The translations under genes and the position numbers were made by a program. Shown piece after piece: positions 7,569 through 17,964 of a stretch of 32,000 bases of DNA. The stretch is from assembly GCF_001457595.1 (NCBI RefSeq), contig NZ_LN831039.1, positions 3,300,001 through 3,332,000 of the forward strand, given 5' to 3'. This DNA is from Mycolicibacterium smegmatis. Lineage in GTDB: Bacteria > Actinomycetota > Actinomycetes > Mycobacteriales > Mycobacteriaceae. The notes beneath the pieces were generated by a model. It was not told where the DNA came from. It saw only the letters and a program-made list of their open reading frames with translations, and searched no databases. The number at the start of each line of letters is the position of its first letter. Position 1 is the first letter of the stretch.

Positions 7569-8960
7569 ATGGAGGGCACCGTCGCTCGGACCGCGAGCCG
7601 CAGATGGGTCCTGCATCTGGACATGGACGCGTTCTTCGCATCCGTCGAGCAGCTGACCAGGCCCACGCTGCGCGGGCGCCCGGTCCTGGTGGGTGGTCTC
7701 GGGGGACGTGGTGTGGTCGCGGGCGCCAGCTACGAGGCCCGCCGCTACGGCGCCCGTTCGGCCATGCCGATGCACCAGGCCCGCAGGCTCGTCGGGGCGC
7801 CCGCGGTGGTGCTGCCGCCGCGCGGCGCCGTCTACGGCGTCGCGAGCCGGCGCGCGCTCGACACCGTGCGCAGCGTGGTACCCGTCCTCGAACAGCTGTC
7901 GTTCGACGAGGCCTTCGGTGAACCGTCCGAGCTGGCAGGCGCCGAGGCGGCCGACGTCGAGGCGTTCTGTGAGCGGTTGCGCGCCAAGGTACTCGAGCAC
8001 ACCGGCCTGGTTGCCTCGGTCGGCGCGGGCTCGGGTAAACAGATCGCCAAGATCGCCTCGGGTCTGGCCAAGCCCGACGGTATCCGGGTGGTGCGCCGCG
8101 AGGAGGAGGCCGTGCTGCTGCACGGTCTGCCGGTGCGCAAGCTGTGGGGCATCGGCCCGGTGGCCGAGGACCGCCTGCACCGCATCGGCATCGAGACCAT
8201 CGGCGCGTTCGCGGCGCTGACCGAGGCCGAGGCCGCCAACGTGCTGGGCTCCACGATCGGGCCCGCGTTGCACCGTCTGGCGCGCGGGATCGACGACCGC
8301 CCGGTGGCCGAGCGCGCCGAGGCCAAGCAGATCAGCGCGGAATCCACGTTCCCGGAAGACCTCACGACGCTGGCACAACTGCAGGACGCCATCGTCCCCA
8401 TCGGCGAACACGCGCACCGACGCCTGGAGAAGGACGGTCGCGGCGCCCGCACCGTCACGGTCAAGCTCAAGAAGTCCGACATGAGCACGCTCACGCGGTC
8501 GGCCACGCTGGCGTACGCCACCACCGAGGCGTCGACGCTGATCGGCACGGCGCGCAGGCTCCTGCTGGATCCCGTCGAGATCGGACCGATACGCCTTGTG
8601 GGCGTTGGGTTTTCCGGCCTGTCGGATATCCGGCAGGAGTCGCTGTTCCCGGACCTGGAACAACCCGAGGAGTTTCCCGACGCGGCGCCGCAGGTCGAAT
8701 CCGTGCAGACCGGACCGTCGTCACCGACCACGCAGTGGCGTGTGGGCGACGACGTGGTGCACACAGAACTCGGTCACGGCTGGGTCCAGGGCGCCGGTCA
8801 CGGTGTGATGACCGTGCGTTTCGAGACCCGCGCGTCGGGACCGGGGCCAGCGCGCACGTTCCCCGAAGACAGTCCCGAGGTCAGCCGCGCCGATCCGGTC
8901 GACAGCCTCGACTGGGCCGAATACCTCAGCAGCCTGGCCGACTACCAGAGCACGCCGTAG
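7569..8960 (+). CDS. dinB: DNA polymerase IV (Y-family, DinB1/DinX-type) with a C-terminal extension
   Basis: Start ATG 7569 ([28 protein letters not shown], the Y-family catalytic motif), 463 aa. Clamp-binding-like QESLF at 8634-8648. The track ORF start at 7323 runs through the divergent S4 gene and is rejected. Confidence 0.93.
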   Translation: MEGTVARTASRRWVLHLDMDAFFASVEQLTRPTLRGRPVLVGGLGGRGVVAGASYEARRYGARSAMPMHQARRLVGAPAVVLPPRGAVYGVASRRALDTVRSVVPVLEQLSFDEAFGEPSELAGAEAADVEAFCERLRAKVLEHTGLVASVGAGSGKQIAKIASGLAKPDGIRVVRREEEAVLLHGLPVRKLWGIGPVAEDRLHRIGIETIGAFAALTEAEAANVLGSTIGPALHRLARGIDDRPVAERAEAKQISAESTFPEDLTTLAQLQDAIVPIGEHAHRRLEKDGRGARTVTVKLKKSDMSTLTRSATLAYATTEASTLIGTARRLLLDPVEIGPIRLVGVGFSGLSDIRQESLFPDLEQPEEFPDAAPQVESVQTGPSSPTTQWRVGDDVVHTELGHGWVQGAGHGVMTVRFETRASGPGPARTFPEDSPEVSRADPVDSLDWAEYLSSLADYQSTP

Positions 8961-9430
8961 TTGGCGGCCAGGACGAACCCGTGGCCGCCGTAGCCGCGGC
9001 ACGTGACGGTGCCCTGGTACCCGACGCCGCACGTGGCGCCCCAGTTGGTGAGCCGGTGTCCTTCCGGCAGCACGTCGACGTCGCGGGTGAACGTCGGGGT
9101 CTCGGAGAACCGGTACACCGCGGGTGTGCCGCCGTACTCCACCACGGTCTGGTTCGTGCCGGGCGGCGCGTCGGCGGGCACCGCGTCGCACCCGATCGGA
9201 CCGCCGTTGGGGCCGATGCCGCAGTGTCGCCCGTCTGGAGTCTTGAAGAAGACGTGGTAGAAGTCCGTCGGTGAGGTGAAATTGCCCTCGGCCAGCGGAT
9301 AGGAGTCGATCGCGTCGGCGCCCGGCGGCGGTTCGGCCAGTGCGGACGGTGCCCCCGCGACACCCCCGGCAAGGATCAGACCCACCCCCAGCACGCCGAC
9401 CGCGGCGAGAATTGCGAAGCGGTGCAGCAT
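8942..9430 (-). CDS. Secreted protein of unknown function (Sec signal peptide)
   Basis: 162 aa. N-terminal signal peptide [32 protein letters not shown]|EPPPG, four Cys in the mature part, high GC3. It lies 31 nt downstream of ansA on the same strand. Its 3' end overlaps the dinB 3' end by 19 nt (convergent). Confidence 0.75.
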   Translation of the reverse strand: MLHRFAILAAVGVLGVGLILAGGVAGAPSALAEPPPGADAIDSYPLAEGNFTSPTDFYHVFFKTPDGRHCGIGPNGGPIGCDAVPADAPPGTNQTVVEYGGTPAVYRFSETPTFTRDVDVLPEGHRLTNWGATCGVGYQGTVTCRGYGGHGFVLAANYGVLW

Positions 9431-9461
9431 GTTTCCAACGTTTCCGATCGGGCCGCACGTG

Positions 9462-10424
9462 TCAACCCCATGAGGAGAAAACCTCGCGCACGGGCCGCTG
9501 CGCGGCGAGCGCGGCCATCAGCAGCACCCGCGCCTGCGGCGGGCGCAGACGAGGCGCCACCACGGCGCCCGCGTCGGCCAGCCGGCGTCCCGGTCCGTAG
9601 TCCGGTGCGATGACGCCGCCCGGCACCCGCGTCGACACCACGATCTCGACACCGGCACGCAGATGGCGTTCGACACCCTCGGTGAGCGCCGCGCCGAGGT
9701 TGCCCGACCCCATGGCCTCCAGCACCACCCCGCGCGCCCCGGCCGCGACGCACGCGTCGAGCGCCGCGGCATCGGCGCCGGGATACCCGGCCACGATGTC
9801 GACCCGCGGTGCCGCGGCCGCCGACAGCGCACCGAGCACAGGTCGCGTCTTGTCCTCGGTGAGCTCCACAGTGCCGTCGGCCACCGTGCCGAGCGCCGTG
9901 CCCGAGAACGCGTCGAGTTCCTGCGTGTGCCGCTTGTGCAACCCGAGCGGTGCGCGCACCGTGCCGGCGAAGCACACCAGCACGCCGAGTCCGCGGGCGT
10001 CCGGGGACGCCGCGACCGCGATCGCGTCGGCGAGATTGCGCGGCCCGTCGGCCTCGGGCGCGTCCGAGCTGCGCTGCGCGCCCGTGATCACGACCGGGGT
10101 GTCACCGGTGTGGGTGAGCTCGAGCCACAGCGCGGTCTCCTCCAGGCTGTCGGTGCCGTGCGTGATCACCACACCGTCGGGCCCGCCGGGGCCGTCGGTG
10201 GCCTTCGCGACGGCCTCACGGATCGCGTCCCAGTCCGACGGGGTCAGGTGTGAGCTGTCGGTGGTCATGAGATCGACCACACTCACCGTGGGCGCCGTCG
10301 GGGCGGTCAAAGCCGCCGTCAGCTGCGCTCCGCGCCTGGTCGGGCGCCGGACGCCCGCGTTGTCGGTGCTCGTGGATATGGTGCCACCGGTGGTGATGAG
10401 GACGACTTGTGCGGACGGGTTCAC
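9462..10424 (-). CDS. ansA: L-asparaginase
   Basis: 320 aa, GTG 10424. Signature motifs ITTGGTIS and [11 protein letters not shown]. Position between dinB and lspA as in Mtb (Rv1538c). Confidence 0.93.
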   Translation of the reverse strand: MNPSAQVVLITTGGTISTSTDNAGVRRPTRRGAQLTAALTAPTAPTVSVVDLMTTDSSHLTPSDWDAIREAVAKATDGPGGPDGVVITHGTDSLEETALWLELTHTGDTPVVITGAQRSSDAPEADGPRNLADAIAVAASPDARGLGVLVCFAGTVRAPLGLHKRHTQELDAFSGTALGTVADGTVELTEDKTRPVLGALSAAAAPRVDIVAGYPGADAAALDACVAAGARGVVLEAMGSGNLGAALTEGVERHLRAGVEIVVSTRVPGGVIAPDYGPGRRLADAGAVVAPRLRPPQARVLLMAALAAQRPVREVFSSWG

Positions 10425-10466
10425 GGTCGAGATTGTCCCGCACCGGCACTTTGGGATGATGGTCGA

Positions 10467-11174
10467 GTGACTGATGAAACGTCAGGCCCGGCTGAGCCGG
10501 TGACCGACGCACCCGGGGATGCCGAATCCCCCGCGCAGCCCAAGCGGCGACTCCGTCTGTTGTTGACGGTCGCCGCCGTCGTGCTGTTCCTCGACGTGGT
10601 GACCAAGGTGCTCGCGGTGCGCCTGTTGACCCCCGGCCAGCCGGTGTCGATCATCGGCGACACCGTGACGTGGACGCTCGTGCGCAACTCGGGTGCCGCG
10701 TTCTCCATGGCGACCGGATACACCTGGGTGCTCACGCTCGTCGCGACGGGCGTCGTCATCGGCATCATCTGGATGGGCAGGCGGCTGGTCTCGCCCTGGT
10801 GGGCGCTGGGGCTCGGGTTGATCCTGGGCGGCGCCACCGGCAACCTCGTCGACCGGTTCTTCCGGTCACCCGGCCCGCTGCGCGGTCACGTCGTCGACTT
10901 CTTCTCGGTGGGCTGGTGGCCCGTGTTCAACGTCGCCGATCCGTCGGTGGTGGGTGGCGCGATCCTGCTGGTCGCGCTGTCGCTGTTCGGGTTCGACTTC
11001 GACACGGTCGGCAGGCGCCGCCCCGGCGAGGACGCCGAGCCGTCGGCAGGCGCGTCGGACAGCACACCGGAGGCACCGGCGGCGGACGGCCCGGACAAAC
11101 CGGCCGGACCCGTGGGGCCCGAGGACGCCGCCGAGGAATCGAAGACCGTCGGCCACCAGGCCGAGCCGTCATAG
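10467..11174 (+). CDS. lspA: Lipoprotein signal peptidase (signal peptidase II) with a low-complexity C-terminal tail
   Basis: Motifs [21 protein letters not shown] and FNVAD. GTG 10467 is chosen because the 10407 start would overlap the divergent ansA start, and it gives an N-terminal length comparable to Mtb LspA. Confidence 0.9.
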   Translation: MTDETSGPAEPVTDAPGDAESPAQPKRRLRLLLTVAAVVLFLDVVTKVLAVRLLTPGQPVSIIGDTVTWTLVRNSGAAFSMATGYTWVLTLVATGVVIGIIWMGRRLVSPWWALGLGLILGGATGNLVDRFFRSPGPLRGHVVDFFSVGWWPVFNVADPSVVGGAILLVALSLFGFDFDTVGRRRPGEDAEPSAGASDSTPEAPAADGPDKPAGPVGPEDAAEESKTVGHQAEPS

Positions 11175-12103
11175 TGGACACCCGGTCGATGCCGGTCCCC
11201 GAAGGACTGGCCGGAATGCGTGTCGACGCCGGGCTGTCCCGGCTGCTCGGGTTGTCCCGCACGGTCGTGGCGACCCTGGCAGAGGAGGGCGCGGTCGAAC
11301 TCGACGGCGCACCCGCGGCCAAGTCGGACAAGCTGGTCGCGGGCGCCTGGCTGGAGGTGCGGCTTCCCGAGGCGCCCAAACCGGTCGAGAACACGCCGGT
11401 CGACATCGAGGGCATGAACATCCTGTACTCGGATGCCGACATCGTCGCCGTCGACAAACCGCCGGGTGTCGCGGCGCATGCCACGGTCGGCTGGCACGGA
11501 CCCACCGTCCTCGGCGGTCTGGCGGCCGCGGGGTTCCGCATCAGCACCTCGGGCATCCACGAACGGCAGGGCATCGTGCACCGCCTGGACGTCGGCACGT
11601 CGGGCGTGATGGTCGTCGCGCTGTCCGAGCGCGCCTACACCGTGCTCAAGCGTGCCTTCAAGCAGCGCACCGTCGAGAAGCGCTATCACGCGCTGGTGCA
11701 GGGCCATCCCGATCCGTCGAGCGGCACCATCGACGCCCCGATCGGGCGGCACCGCGGACACGACTGGAAGTTCGCGGTCGTCGAGGGCGGGCGCCACAGC
11801 GTCACCCACTACGACACGCTGGAGATGTTCCCGGCCGCGAGCCTGCTCGACATCGAGTTGGAGACCGGGCGCACCCACCAGATCCGTGTGCACTTCTCGG
11901 CGCTGCACCATCCGTGCTGCGGTGACCTCACCTACGGCGCCGATCCGACGCTCGCCAAGCGCCTCGGCCTGGAACGGCAGTGGCTGCACGCGCGCTCGCT
12001 GGCCTTCGCGCATCCCGCCGACGGACGACGGGTCGAGATCACCAGCCCCTATCCCGACGATCTGCAGAATGCGCTCGACCTTCTGCGCCGGCACGCACTG
12101 TGA
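11174..12103 (+). CDS. rluD: RluA/RluD-family 23S rRNA pseudouridine synthase
   Basis: 309 aa from GTG 11174, which overlaps the lspA TAG by 1 nt. N-terminal S4-like segment and catalytic HRLDVGTSG and GRTHQIRVH motifs. The upstream part of the 477-aa track ORF is out-of-frame read-through of lspA. Confidence 0.9.
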   Translation: MDTRSMPVPEGLAGMRVDAGLSRLLGLSRTVVATLAEEGAVELDGAPAAKSDKLVAGAWLEVRLPEAPKPVENTPVDIEGMNILYSDADIVAVDKPPGVAAHATVGWHGPTVLGGLAAAGFRISTSGIHERQGIVHRLDVGTSGVMVVALSERAYTVLKRAFKQRTVEKRYHALVQGHPDPSSGTIDAPIGRHRGHDWKFAVVEGGRHSVTHYDTLEMFPAASLLDIELETGRTHQIRVHFSALHHPCCGDLTYGADPTLAKRLGLERQWLHARSLAFAHPADGRRVEITSPYPDDLQNALDLLRRHAL

Positions 12104-13014
12104 GCGGCTCGAACCGCACCGGAGTGCTCTACGGTGCAGGCGCCTACATCTGGTGGGGCCTGTGTCCCGGCTTCTTCCTCCTGCTGCTGCCCGCGGGCCC
12201 GCTGGAGGTGGTGGCACACCGCATCGTCTGGAGCACGGTGTTCCTGATGCTGGTGCTCGCTTTCGCCCGCAGGCTCGGGGATCTGCGCAGGCTGTCGCTG
12301 CGCACCTGGTTGCAGTTGCTCGCGGCGTCGGCGCTGATCTCGATCAACTGGGGCACCTACATATTCGCCGTCACCTCCGGTCACGTCGTCGACGCCGCGC
12401 TGGGTTACTTCATCAATCCGCTCGTGAGCGTCGCGCTGGGGGTGATCATCTTCCGCGAGCGCATCAACCGGTGGCAGGCCGTGTCGCTCGCGCTCGCCGT
12501 GATCGCCGTGGCGGTCCTGACCGTCGAGGTCGGTGAGCCGCCCTACATCGCGGTCGTATTGGCCGTGTCGTTCGGTGTGTACGGCCTGGTGAAGAAGGTG
12601 GTGCAGGCCGATCCGCGCGTGAGCGTCGCGGTCGAGACCCTGCTGGCGCTGCCCGTGGCAGGCGGGTACGTGATCGTCCTCGAGGTGCTCGGACGCGGGC
12701 ACTTCATCGCCGAGAGTCCCTGGCATCCGGTGCTGATGGTGCTGTCCGGCGTGGTGACCGCGGTTCCGCTGTTGCTGTTCGCCGCGGCAGCGCAGCGGCT
12801 GACCATGGTGATGATGGGCCTGCTGTTCTATCTCAACCCCGCACTGCAGATGCTGTGGGGCGTGTTCATCGGGCACGAGCCCATGCCGTTGGGGCGCTGG
12901 ATCGGTTTCGCGCTGATCTGGACGGCCCTGGCCGTCATGACGATCGGCACGCTGCGCAACCGGCGCAGCGATGCGGTCGCCGACGCCGCACAGACGCAGC
13001 CGACCCTGCCGTGA
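12100..13014 (+). CDS. rarD: EamA/RarD-family permease
   Basis: 304 aa from GTG 12100 (GTGA overlap with the rluD stop). About 10 TM helices. The N-terminus [19 protein letters not shown] is typical of RarD. Confidence 0.85.
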   Translation: MSGSNRTGVLYGAGAYIWWGLCPGFFLLLLPAGPLEVVAHRIVWSTVFLMLVLAFARRLGDLRRLSLRTWLQLLAASALISINWGTYIFAVTSGHVVDAALGYFINPLVSVALGVIIFRERINRWQAVSLALAVIAVAVLTVEVGEPPYIAVVLAVSFGVYGLVKKVVQADPRVSVAVETLLALPVAGGYVIVLEVLGRGHFIAESPWHPVLMVLSGVVTAVPLLLFAAAAQRLTMVMMGLLFYLNPALQMLWGVFIGHEPMPLGRWIGFALIWTALAVMTIGTLRNRRSDAVADAAQTQPTLP

Positions 13015-13115
13015 ATCCGTGCCGCCGCCGTCAGACCGTGGCAGGTTTTGATCTTGACGGCCGCGTCAGCGTGTGTTAGCGCACTTCGGATAGCGTCGTT
13101 TGCCACAGCAGATAG

Positions 13116-13144
13116 TTGACGATGCAATAGCTATGCCATAGCGT
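13116..13144 (+). promoter_or_regulatory. Putative sigma-A-type promoter giving a leaderless TetR mRNA
   Basis: TTGACG (13116-13121), 17 bp spacer, TAGCGT (13139-13144), 6 nt, then ATG 13151. The spacer contains the palindrome ATAGCTAT (13127-13134). ATAG[CT] recurs four times between 13090 and 13144. Confidence 0.45.
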
Positions 13145-13150
13145 TCGCCC

Positions 13151-13795
13151 ATGACCGAAGCTGGGCAACCACGGCCGCTGCGCCGCGCTCCTGGCCGGCC
13201 GGTGGGCGCCGATTCGGCGCAGACGCGAATGCACATCTTGCGGGTGGGGTGCGAGCTCATCAACGAACGCGGTTTCGCCGCGCTCACCTTCCAGGGGATC
13301 GCCAAGCGCTCCGGCCTGAGCCGGCCGACCCTCAACTACTACTTCGCAACCAGGGACGAGCTGTTCCACGCGCTGGTCCACGAGGGCAACGCCATCGTCC
13401 AGGAATGCCTCGCCGCGGCAAAACAGCAGGAAGACCCGCTCGAGCGGGTATGCGCCCTGCTCGACGCGATGGCCGATGCGTGGAGCGCGGACCCTTGCCT
13501 GTGCCAGTTCCTGGTCAACGCCCGGCTCGAGGCGGGGCGAAATCCCGCGCTGCCCAACGGTATCGCCACCGCGATCCGGGATTTCCTCGACGACGTGGTC
13601 GGCGACGCCATCGCAGGCGGCGCCCTGCCCGCGCACACCGATCCCGCACCCGTCGCGCAATTGCTGCACGCCATGGTGTGGGGTGCGGGTCTGTGCCTCG
13701 GATACGGCGGGACGTCGGATCCCAAACTGATAACCAAGCAACTCGAATCGGCCATCGCAGGCGGATTGCTGACCGAGTCGCGGCAGGCGTCGTGA
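13151..13795 (+). CDS. TetR-family transcriptional regulator
   Basis: 214 aa. N-terminal TetR HTH FAALTFQGIAKRSGLSRPTLNYYFATRDELF. Confidence 0.9.
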   Translation: MTEAGQPRPLRRAPGRPVGADSAQTRMHILRVGCELINERGFAALTFQGIAKRSGLSRPTLNYYFATRDELFHALVHEGNAIVQECLAAAKQQEDPLERVCALLDAMADAWSADPCLCQFLVNARLEAGRNPALPNGIATAIRDFLDDVVGDAIAGGALPAHTDPAPVAQLLHAMVWGAGLCLGYGGTSDPKLITKQLESAIAGGLLTESRQAS

Positions 13796-13846
13796 CACGC
13801 GAATGAAAGCCGGCCGGAAAACACGCGAACGCGACACGCCCGAGAG

Positions 13847-13868
13847 TGTCGGTGGGGGCCAATAGACT
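13847..13868 (+). promoter_or_regulatory. RecA-independent DNA-damage promoter motif (RecA-NDp / PafBC-type) upstream of dnaE1
   Basis: TGTCGGTG (13847-13854), 8 nt (ggggccaa), then TAGACT (13863-13868). This matches the published tTGTCRgtg-N8-TAnnnT consensus as I recall it. The dnaE1 ATG at 13878 is 9 nt after the -10. Confidence 0.55.
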
Positions 13869-13877
13869 GGCTGACCT

Positions 13878-16800
13878 ATGAGCGGCACAGACGGACGGTC
13901 CTCGGGGTCTTTTGTCCACCTGCATAACCACACTGAGTACTCGATGCTGGACGGCGCCGCGAAGATCACGCCCATGCTGGCCGAGGCGCAGCGGTTGGAG
14001 ATGCCTGCCATCGGCATGACCGACCACGGGAACATGTTCGGCGCCAGCGAGTTCTACAACTCGGCGACCAAGGCCGGCATCAAACCCATCATCGGGATCG
14101 AGGCCTACATCGCGCCCGGTTCCCGGTTCGACACCAAGCGCGTCACATGGGGCGACCCGGGCCAGAAGGGCGACGACGTCTCCGGCAGCGGTGCGTACAC
14201 GCACATGACGATGGTCGCCGAGAACGCGACGGGCCTGCGCAACCTGTTCAAGCTGTCCTCGCTGGCGTCGTTCGAGGGGCAGCTGGGCAAGTGGTCGCGT
14301 ATGGACGCCGAGATCATCGCCGAGCACGCCGAGGGCATCATCGCCACCACCGGCTGCCCGTCGGGCGAGGTCCAGACCCGCCTGCGCCTCGGCCACGAGC
14401 GCGAGGCGCTCGAAGCCGCGGCGAAGTGGCGCGAGATCTTCGGCCCGGAGAACTTCTTCCTCGAACTGATGGACCACGGTCTCGACATCGAGCGCCGGGT
14501 CCGCGAGGGCCTGCTGGAGATCGGCCGCAAGCTCGGCATCCCGCCGCTGGCCACCAACGACTGTCACTACGTCACGCGTGAGGCCGCACGCAACCACGAG
14601 GCGCTGCTGTGTGTGCAGACGGGCAAGACCCTCTCGGATCCCACGCGGTTCAAGTTCGACGGTGACGGCTACTTCCTCAAGTCCGCCGAGGAGATGCGGG
14701 CGCTGTGGGACAGCCAGGTGCCCGGCGCGTGCGATTCGACGCTGCTGATCGGCGAGCGGGTGCAGTCCTACGCCGACGTGTGGGAACCCCGTGACCGCAT
14801 GCCGGTGTTCCCGGTGCCCGAAGGGCACGATCAGGCGTCGTGGCTCACCCACGAGGTGAAGGCCGGTCTGGAGCGGCGGTTCCGCGGTGGCCCGGTGCCC
14901 GAGGAGTACACCACGCGCGCCGAGTACGAGATCAAGGTCATCTGCGACAAGGGATTCCCGTCGTACTTCCTCATCGTCGCCGACCTGATCAACTACGCGC
15001 GTTCGGTGGGCATCCGCGTGGGGCCCGGTCGTGGTTCGGCGGCGGGATCGCTCGTCGCGTACGCCCTCGGGATCACCAACATCGACCCGATCCCGCACGG
15101 TCTGCTGTTCGAGCGCTTCCTGAACCCGGAGCGCCCGTCCGCGCCCGATATCGACATCGACTTCGACGACCGTCGCCGCGGCGAGATGCTGCGCTACGCC
15201 GCCAACAGGTGGGGGAGCGAGCGCGTCGCACAGGTCATCACGTTCGGCACCATCAAGACCAAGGCGGCGCTGAAGGATTCGGCCCGCGTGAACTTCGGCC
15301 AGCCCGGCTTCGCGATCGCCGACCGGATCACCAAGGCGCTGCCGCCGCCCATCATGGCCAAGGACATCCCGCTCTCGGGCATCACCGACCCGAACCACGA
15401 GCGGTACAAGGAGGCCGCCGAGGTCCGCGGTCTGATCGACACCGATCCGGACGTGCGCACCATCTACGAGACCGCGCGCGGTCTCGAAGGCCTGGTCCGC
15501 AACGCGGGTGTGCACGCCTGCGCGGTGATCATGAGCTCCGAACCGCTCATCGACGCGATCCCGCTGTGGAAGCGTCCGCAGGACGGCGCGATCATCACCG
15601 GCTGGGATTATCCGTCGTGTGAGGCCATCGGCCTGCTGAAGATGGACTTCCTGGGCCTGCGCAACCTCACGATCATCGGCGACGCCATCGCCAACATCAA
15701 GGCCAACCGAGGCATCGACCTGGACCTGGAGACGCTGCCGCTCGACGACCCGGCGGCCTACGAACTGCTCTCGCGCGGTGACACCCTCGGCGTGTTCCAG
15801 CTCGACGGCGGGCCCATGCGTGACCTGCTGCGGCGCATGCAGCCCACGGGCTTCAACGACATCGTCGCGGTGCTCGCGCTGTACCGCCCCGGTCCGATGG
15901 GCATGAACGCCCACAACGACTACGCCGACCGCAAGAACGGCCGGCAGCCCATCAAGCCCATCCACCCCGAGCTCGAAGAACCGCTCAAGGACATCCTGGC
16001 CGAGACCTACGGCCTGATCGTCTACCAAGAGCAGATCATGTTCATCGCGCAGAAGGTCGCCTCCTACACCATGGGTAAGGCCGACGCGCTGCGAAAAGCC
16101 ATGGGCAAGAAGAAGCTTGAGGTGCTCGAGGCCGAGTACAAGGGCTTCAAGGAAGGCATGACCGCCAACGGGTTCTCCGAGGGTGCGGTCAAGGCGCTGT
16201 GGGACACGATCCTCCCGTTCGCCGGTTACGCGTTCAACAAGTCGCACGCCGCGGGCTACGGCCTGGTGTCGTACTGGACGGCCTACCTCAAGGCCAACTA
16301 TCCGGCCGAGTACATGGCAGGCCTGCTCACCTCGGTCGGTGACGACAAGGACAAGGCCGCGGTCTACCTGGCGGACTGCCGGCGCCTGGGCATCACGGTG
16401 CTGCCGCCGGACGTCAACGAGTCCGAACACAACTTCGCCTCGGTCGGCGACGACATCCGCTTCGGCCTCGGCGCCATCCGCAACGTCGGCGCCAACGTCG
16501 TCTCGTCACTGATCAAGACCCGCACCGAGAAGGGCAAGTTCACCGACTTCTCGGACTACCTGAACAAGATCGACATCACGGCCTGCAACAAGAAGGTCAC
16601 CGAATCGCTGATCAAGGCAGGCGCCTTCGATTCGCTGGGCCATCCGCGCAAGGGCCTGTTCCTGGTGCACACCGACGCCGTCGACTCGGTGCTGGGCACC
16701 AAGAAGGCCGAGGCGATGGGGCAGTTCGACCTGTTCGGGGGCGGCGAGGACACCGGCACCGACGCGGTGTTCACCATCAAGGTCCCCGACGAGGAGTGGG

Positions 16801-17432
16801 AGGACAAGCACAAACTCGCACTCGAACGCGAGATGCTCGGCCTCTACGTGTCCGGGCACCCGCTCAACGGCGTCGCGCACCTGCTGGCCAACCAGGTCGA
16901 CACCCAGATCCCGGCGATCCTCGACGGCGACGTCGCCAACGACGCGCAGGTGCTGGTCGGCGGCATCCTGGCCTCGGTCAACCGCCGCGTCAACAAGAAC
17001 GGTCTGCCGTGGGCGTCGGCCCAGTTGGAGGACCTCACCGGTGGTATCGAGGTGCTGTTCTTCCCGCAGACCTACTCGCTGTTCGGCGCCGACATCGCCG
17101 ACGACGTCGTGGTGCTCGTCAAGGCCAAGGTGGCCGCACGTGACGACCGGATCGCGCTGATCGCCCACGAGTTGATCGTGCCCGACTTCAGCAGTGCGCA
17201 GGCCGATCGTCCGTTGTCGGTCAGCCTTCCCACCCGGCAGTGCACCATCGACAAGGTCACCGCGCTCAAGCAGGTGCTCGCCAACCACCCCGGCACGTCG
17301 CAGGTCCACCTGCGGTTGATCAGCGGTGAGCGGATCACCACGCTCGAGCTCGACCAATCGCTGCGCGTGACCCCGTCATCGGCGTTGATGGGCGATCTCA
17401 AGGCGCTGCTCGGCCCCGGCTGCCTCGGCTGA
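13878..17432 (+). CDS. dnaE: DNA polymerase III alpha subunit (replicative, DnaE1)
   Basis: 1184 aa. N-terminal PHP domain ([16 protein letters not shown]), then palm/fingers and OB-fold regions. Syntenic with Rv1547. Confidence 0.97.
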   Translation: MSGTDGRSSGSFVHLHNHTEYSMLDGAAKITPMLAEAQRLEMPAIGMTDHGNMFGASEFYNSATKAGIKPIIGIEAYIAPGSRFDTKRVTWGDPGQKGDDVSGSGAYTHMTMVAENATGLRNLFKLSSLASFEGQLGKWSRMDAEIIAEHAEGIIATTGCPSGEVQTRLRLGHEREALEAAAKWREIFGPENFFLELMDHGLDIERRVREGLLEIGRKLGIPPLATNDCHYVTREAARNHEALLCVQTGKTLSDPTRFKFDGDGYFLKSAEEMRALWDSQVPGACDSTLLIGERVQSYADVWEPRDRMPVFPVPEGHDQASWLTHEVKAGLERRFRGGPVPEEYTTRAEYEIKVICDKGFPSYFLIVADLINYARSVGIRVGPGRGSAAGSLVAYALGITNIDPIPHGLLFERFLNPERPSAPDIDIDFDDRRRGEMLRYAANRWGSERVAQVITFGTIKTKAALKDSARVNFGQPGFAIADRITKALPPPIMAKDIPLSGITDPNHERYKEAAEVRGLIDTDPDVRTIYETARGLEGLVRNAGVHACAVIMSSEPLIDAIPLWKRPQDGAIITGWDYPSCEAIGLLKMDFLGLRNLTIIGDAIANIKANRGIDLDLETLPLDDPAAYELLSRGDTLGVFQLDGGPMRDLLRRMQPTGFNDIVAVLALYRPGPMGMNAHNDYADRKNGRQPIKPIHPELEEPLKDILAETYGLIVYQEQIMFIAQKVASYTMGKADALRKAMGKKKLEVLEAEYKGFKEGMTANGFSEGAVKALWDTILPFAGYAFNKSHAAGYGLVSYWTAYLKANYPAEYMAGLLTSVGDDKDKAAVYLADCRRLGITVLPPDVNESEHNFASVGDDIRFGLGAIRNVGANVVSSLIKTRTEKGKFTDFSDYLNKIDITACNKKVTESLIKAGAFDSLGHPRKGLFLVHTDAVDSVLGTKKAEAMGQFDLFGGGEDTGTDAVFTIKVPDEEWEDKHKLALEREMLGLYVSGHPLNGVAHLLANQVDTQIPAILDGDVANDAQVLVGGILASVNRRVNKNGLPWASAQLEDLTGGIEVLFFPQTYSLFGADIADDVVVLVKAKVAARDDRIALIAHELIVPDFSSAQADRPLSVSLPTRQCTIDKVTALKQVLANHPGTSQVHLRLISGERITTLELDQSLRVTPSSALMGDLKALLGPGCLG

Positions 17433-17454
17433 CTTTTTCGCCGGGGATCTGCGC

Positions 17455-17907
17455 CTACGCGTCGAGGTCGATGCGCACGATTGCGCTGTCGTGCCACAGG
17501 TTTCGGTCGCGGGCGCGGCGCAGCTTCTCGCGCAGCGGAAGGTTGCGGTGCACATTGGTGACACCTGGGATCTTCAACAGCGGCACGATGTTCCACTGCC
17601 AGCCGTAACGTTGGTGCAGCGTGCGGTTGGCCCGCTGCGCCTCATCGTCGGCGAGAACTGTGGCGCGCCCGCCGAATCGGACGGGATCGGTGACGCGGCC
17701 GCGGTGATCGCACGGGGTGAGGGTGACCTCGGGACGCGCGGCGAGACGTTTGGTCTTGGGCCCGATCTTGGTGCGGAAGAACAGTGTTCGGCCCTGCAGT
17801 ACGAACCAGATGGGGGTGTCGACGGCGGTGCCGTCGCGGCGGCGGCTGCGAAGCAGGGCGTAACGGGATCGACGTAGCGCGTCGAGTGCATGTTCTGTCT
17901 GTGGCAT
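17455..17907 (-). CDS. PPOX-class (pyridoxamine 5'-phosphate oxidase-like) F420/FMN-binding split-barrel protein
   Basis: About 150 aa from ATG 17907 (MPQTEHALDALRRSRYALLRSRRRDGTAVDTPIWFVL...), typical of the PPOX/FDOR-B-like family. ATG 17907 lies 6 nt after the -10-like hexamer of the MerR-type promoter. Confidence 0.75.
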   Translation of the reverse strand: MPQTEHALDALRRSRYALLRSRRRDGTAVDTPIWFVLQGRTLFFRTKIGPKTKRLAARPEVTLTPCDHRGRVTDPVRFGGRATVLADDEAQRANRTLHQRYGWQWNIVPLLKIPGVTNVHRNLPLREKLRRARDRNLWHDSAIVRIDLDA

Positions 17908-17921
17908 ACCCCGAGTGAACA

Positions 17922-17941
17922 ACTTAGAGTTGGCTCTAAGT
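17922..17941. promoter_or_regulatory. Perfect 8-4-8 dyad (MerR-type operator) inside a 19-bp-spacer promoter
   Basis: ACTTAGAG-ttgg-CTCTAAGT. On the minus strand it lies between TTGACT (17944-17939) and TTCACT (17919-17914), which are separated by exactly 19 bp. It is also flanked by a plus-strand TAGAGT (17925-17930). Confidence 0.65.
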
Positions 17942-17964
17942 CAAGCATGATCAGGAGACTGCAG

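Noticed and set aside
10407-10466. Upstream extension of lspA (track start at 10407)
   Set aside because: It would overlap the divergent ansA start (10424). GTG 10467 gives an N-terminal length comparable to the Mtb orthologue.
13027-13061. Hairpin after rarD (GCCGTCA…TGACGGC) as a terminator
   Set aside because: The 7-bp stem has a 21-nt unstructured loop and no U-tract. This is too weak to call.
13515-16430. 971-aa ORF antisense to dnaE1, plus similar long antisense or out-of-frame ORFs at 4137-5477, 10886-12217, 19307-20497, 21265-22590, 22599-24053, 25769-27061, 26784-28697 and 29067-30020
   Set aside because: Each is fully nested opposite, or out of frame with, a confidently identified housekeeping gene. 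Each translates to an R/G/P/A/D/H-rich sequence without domains. These are GC-composition artefacts, not overlapping genes.
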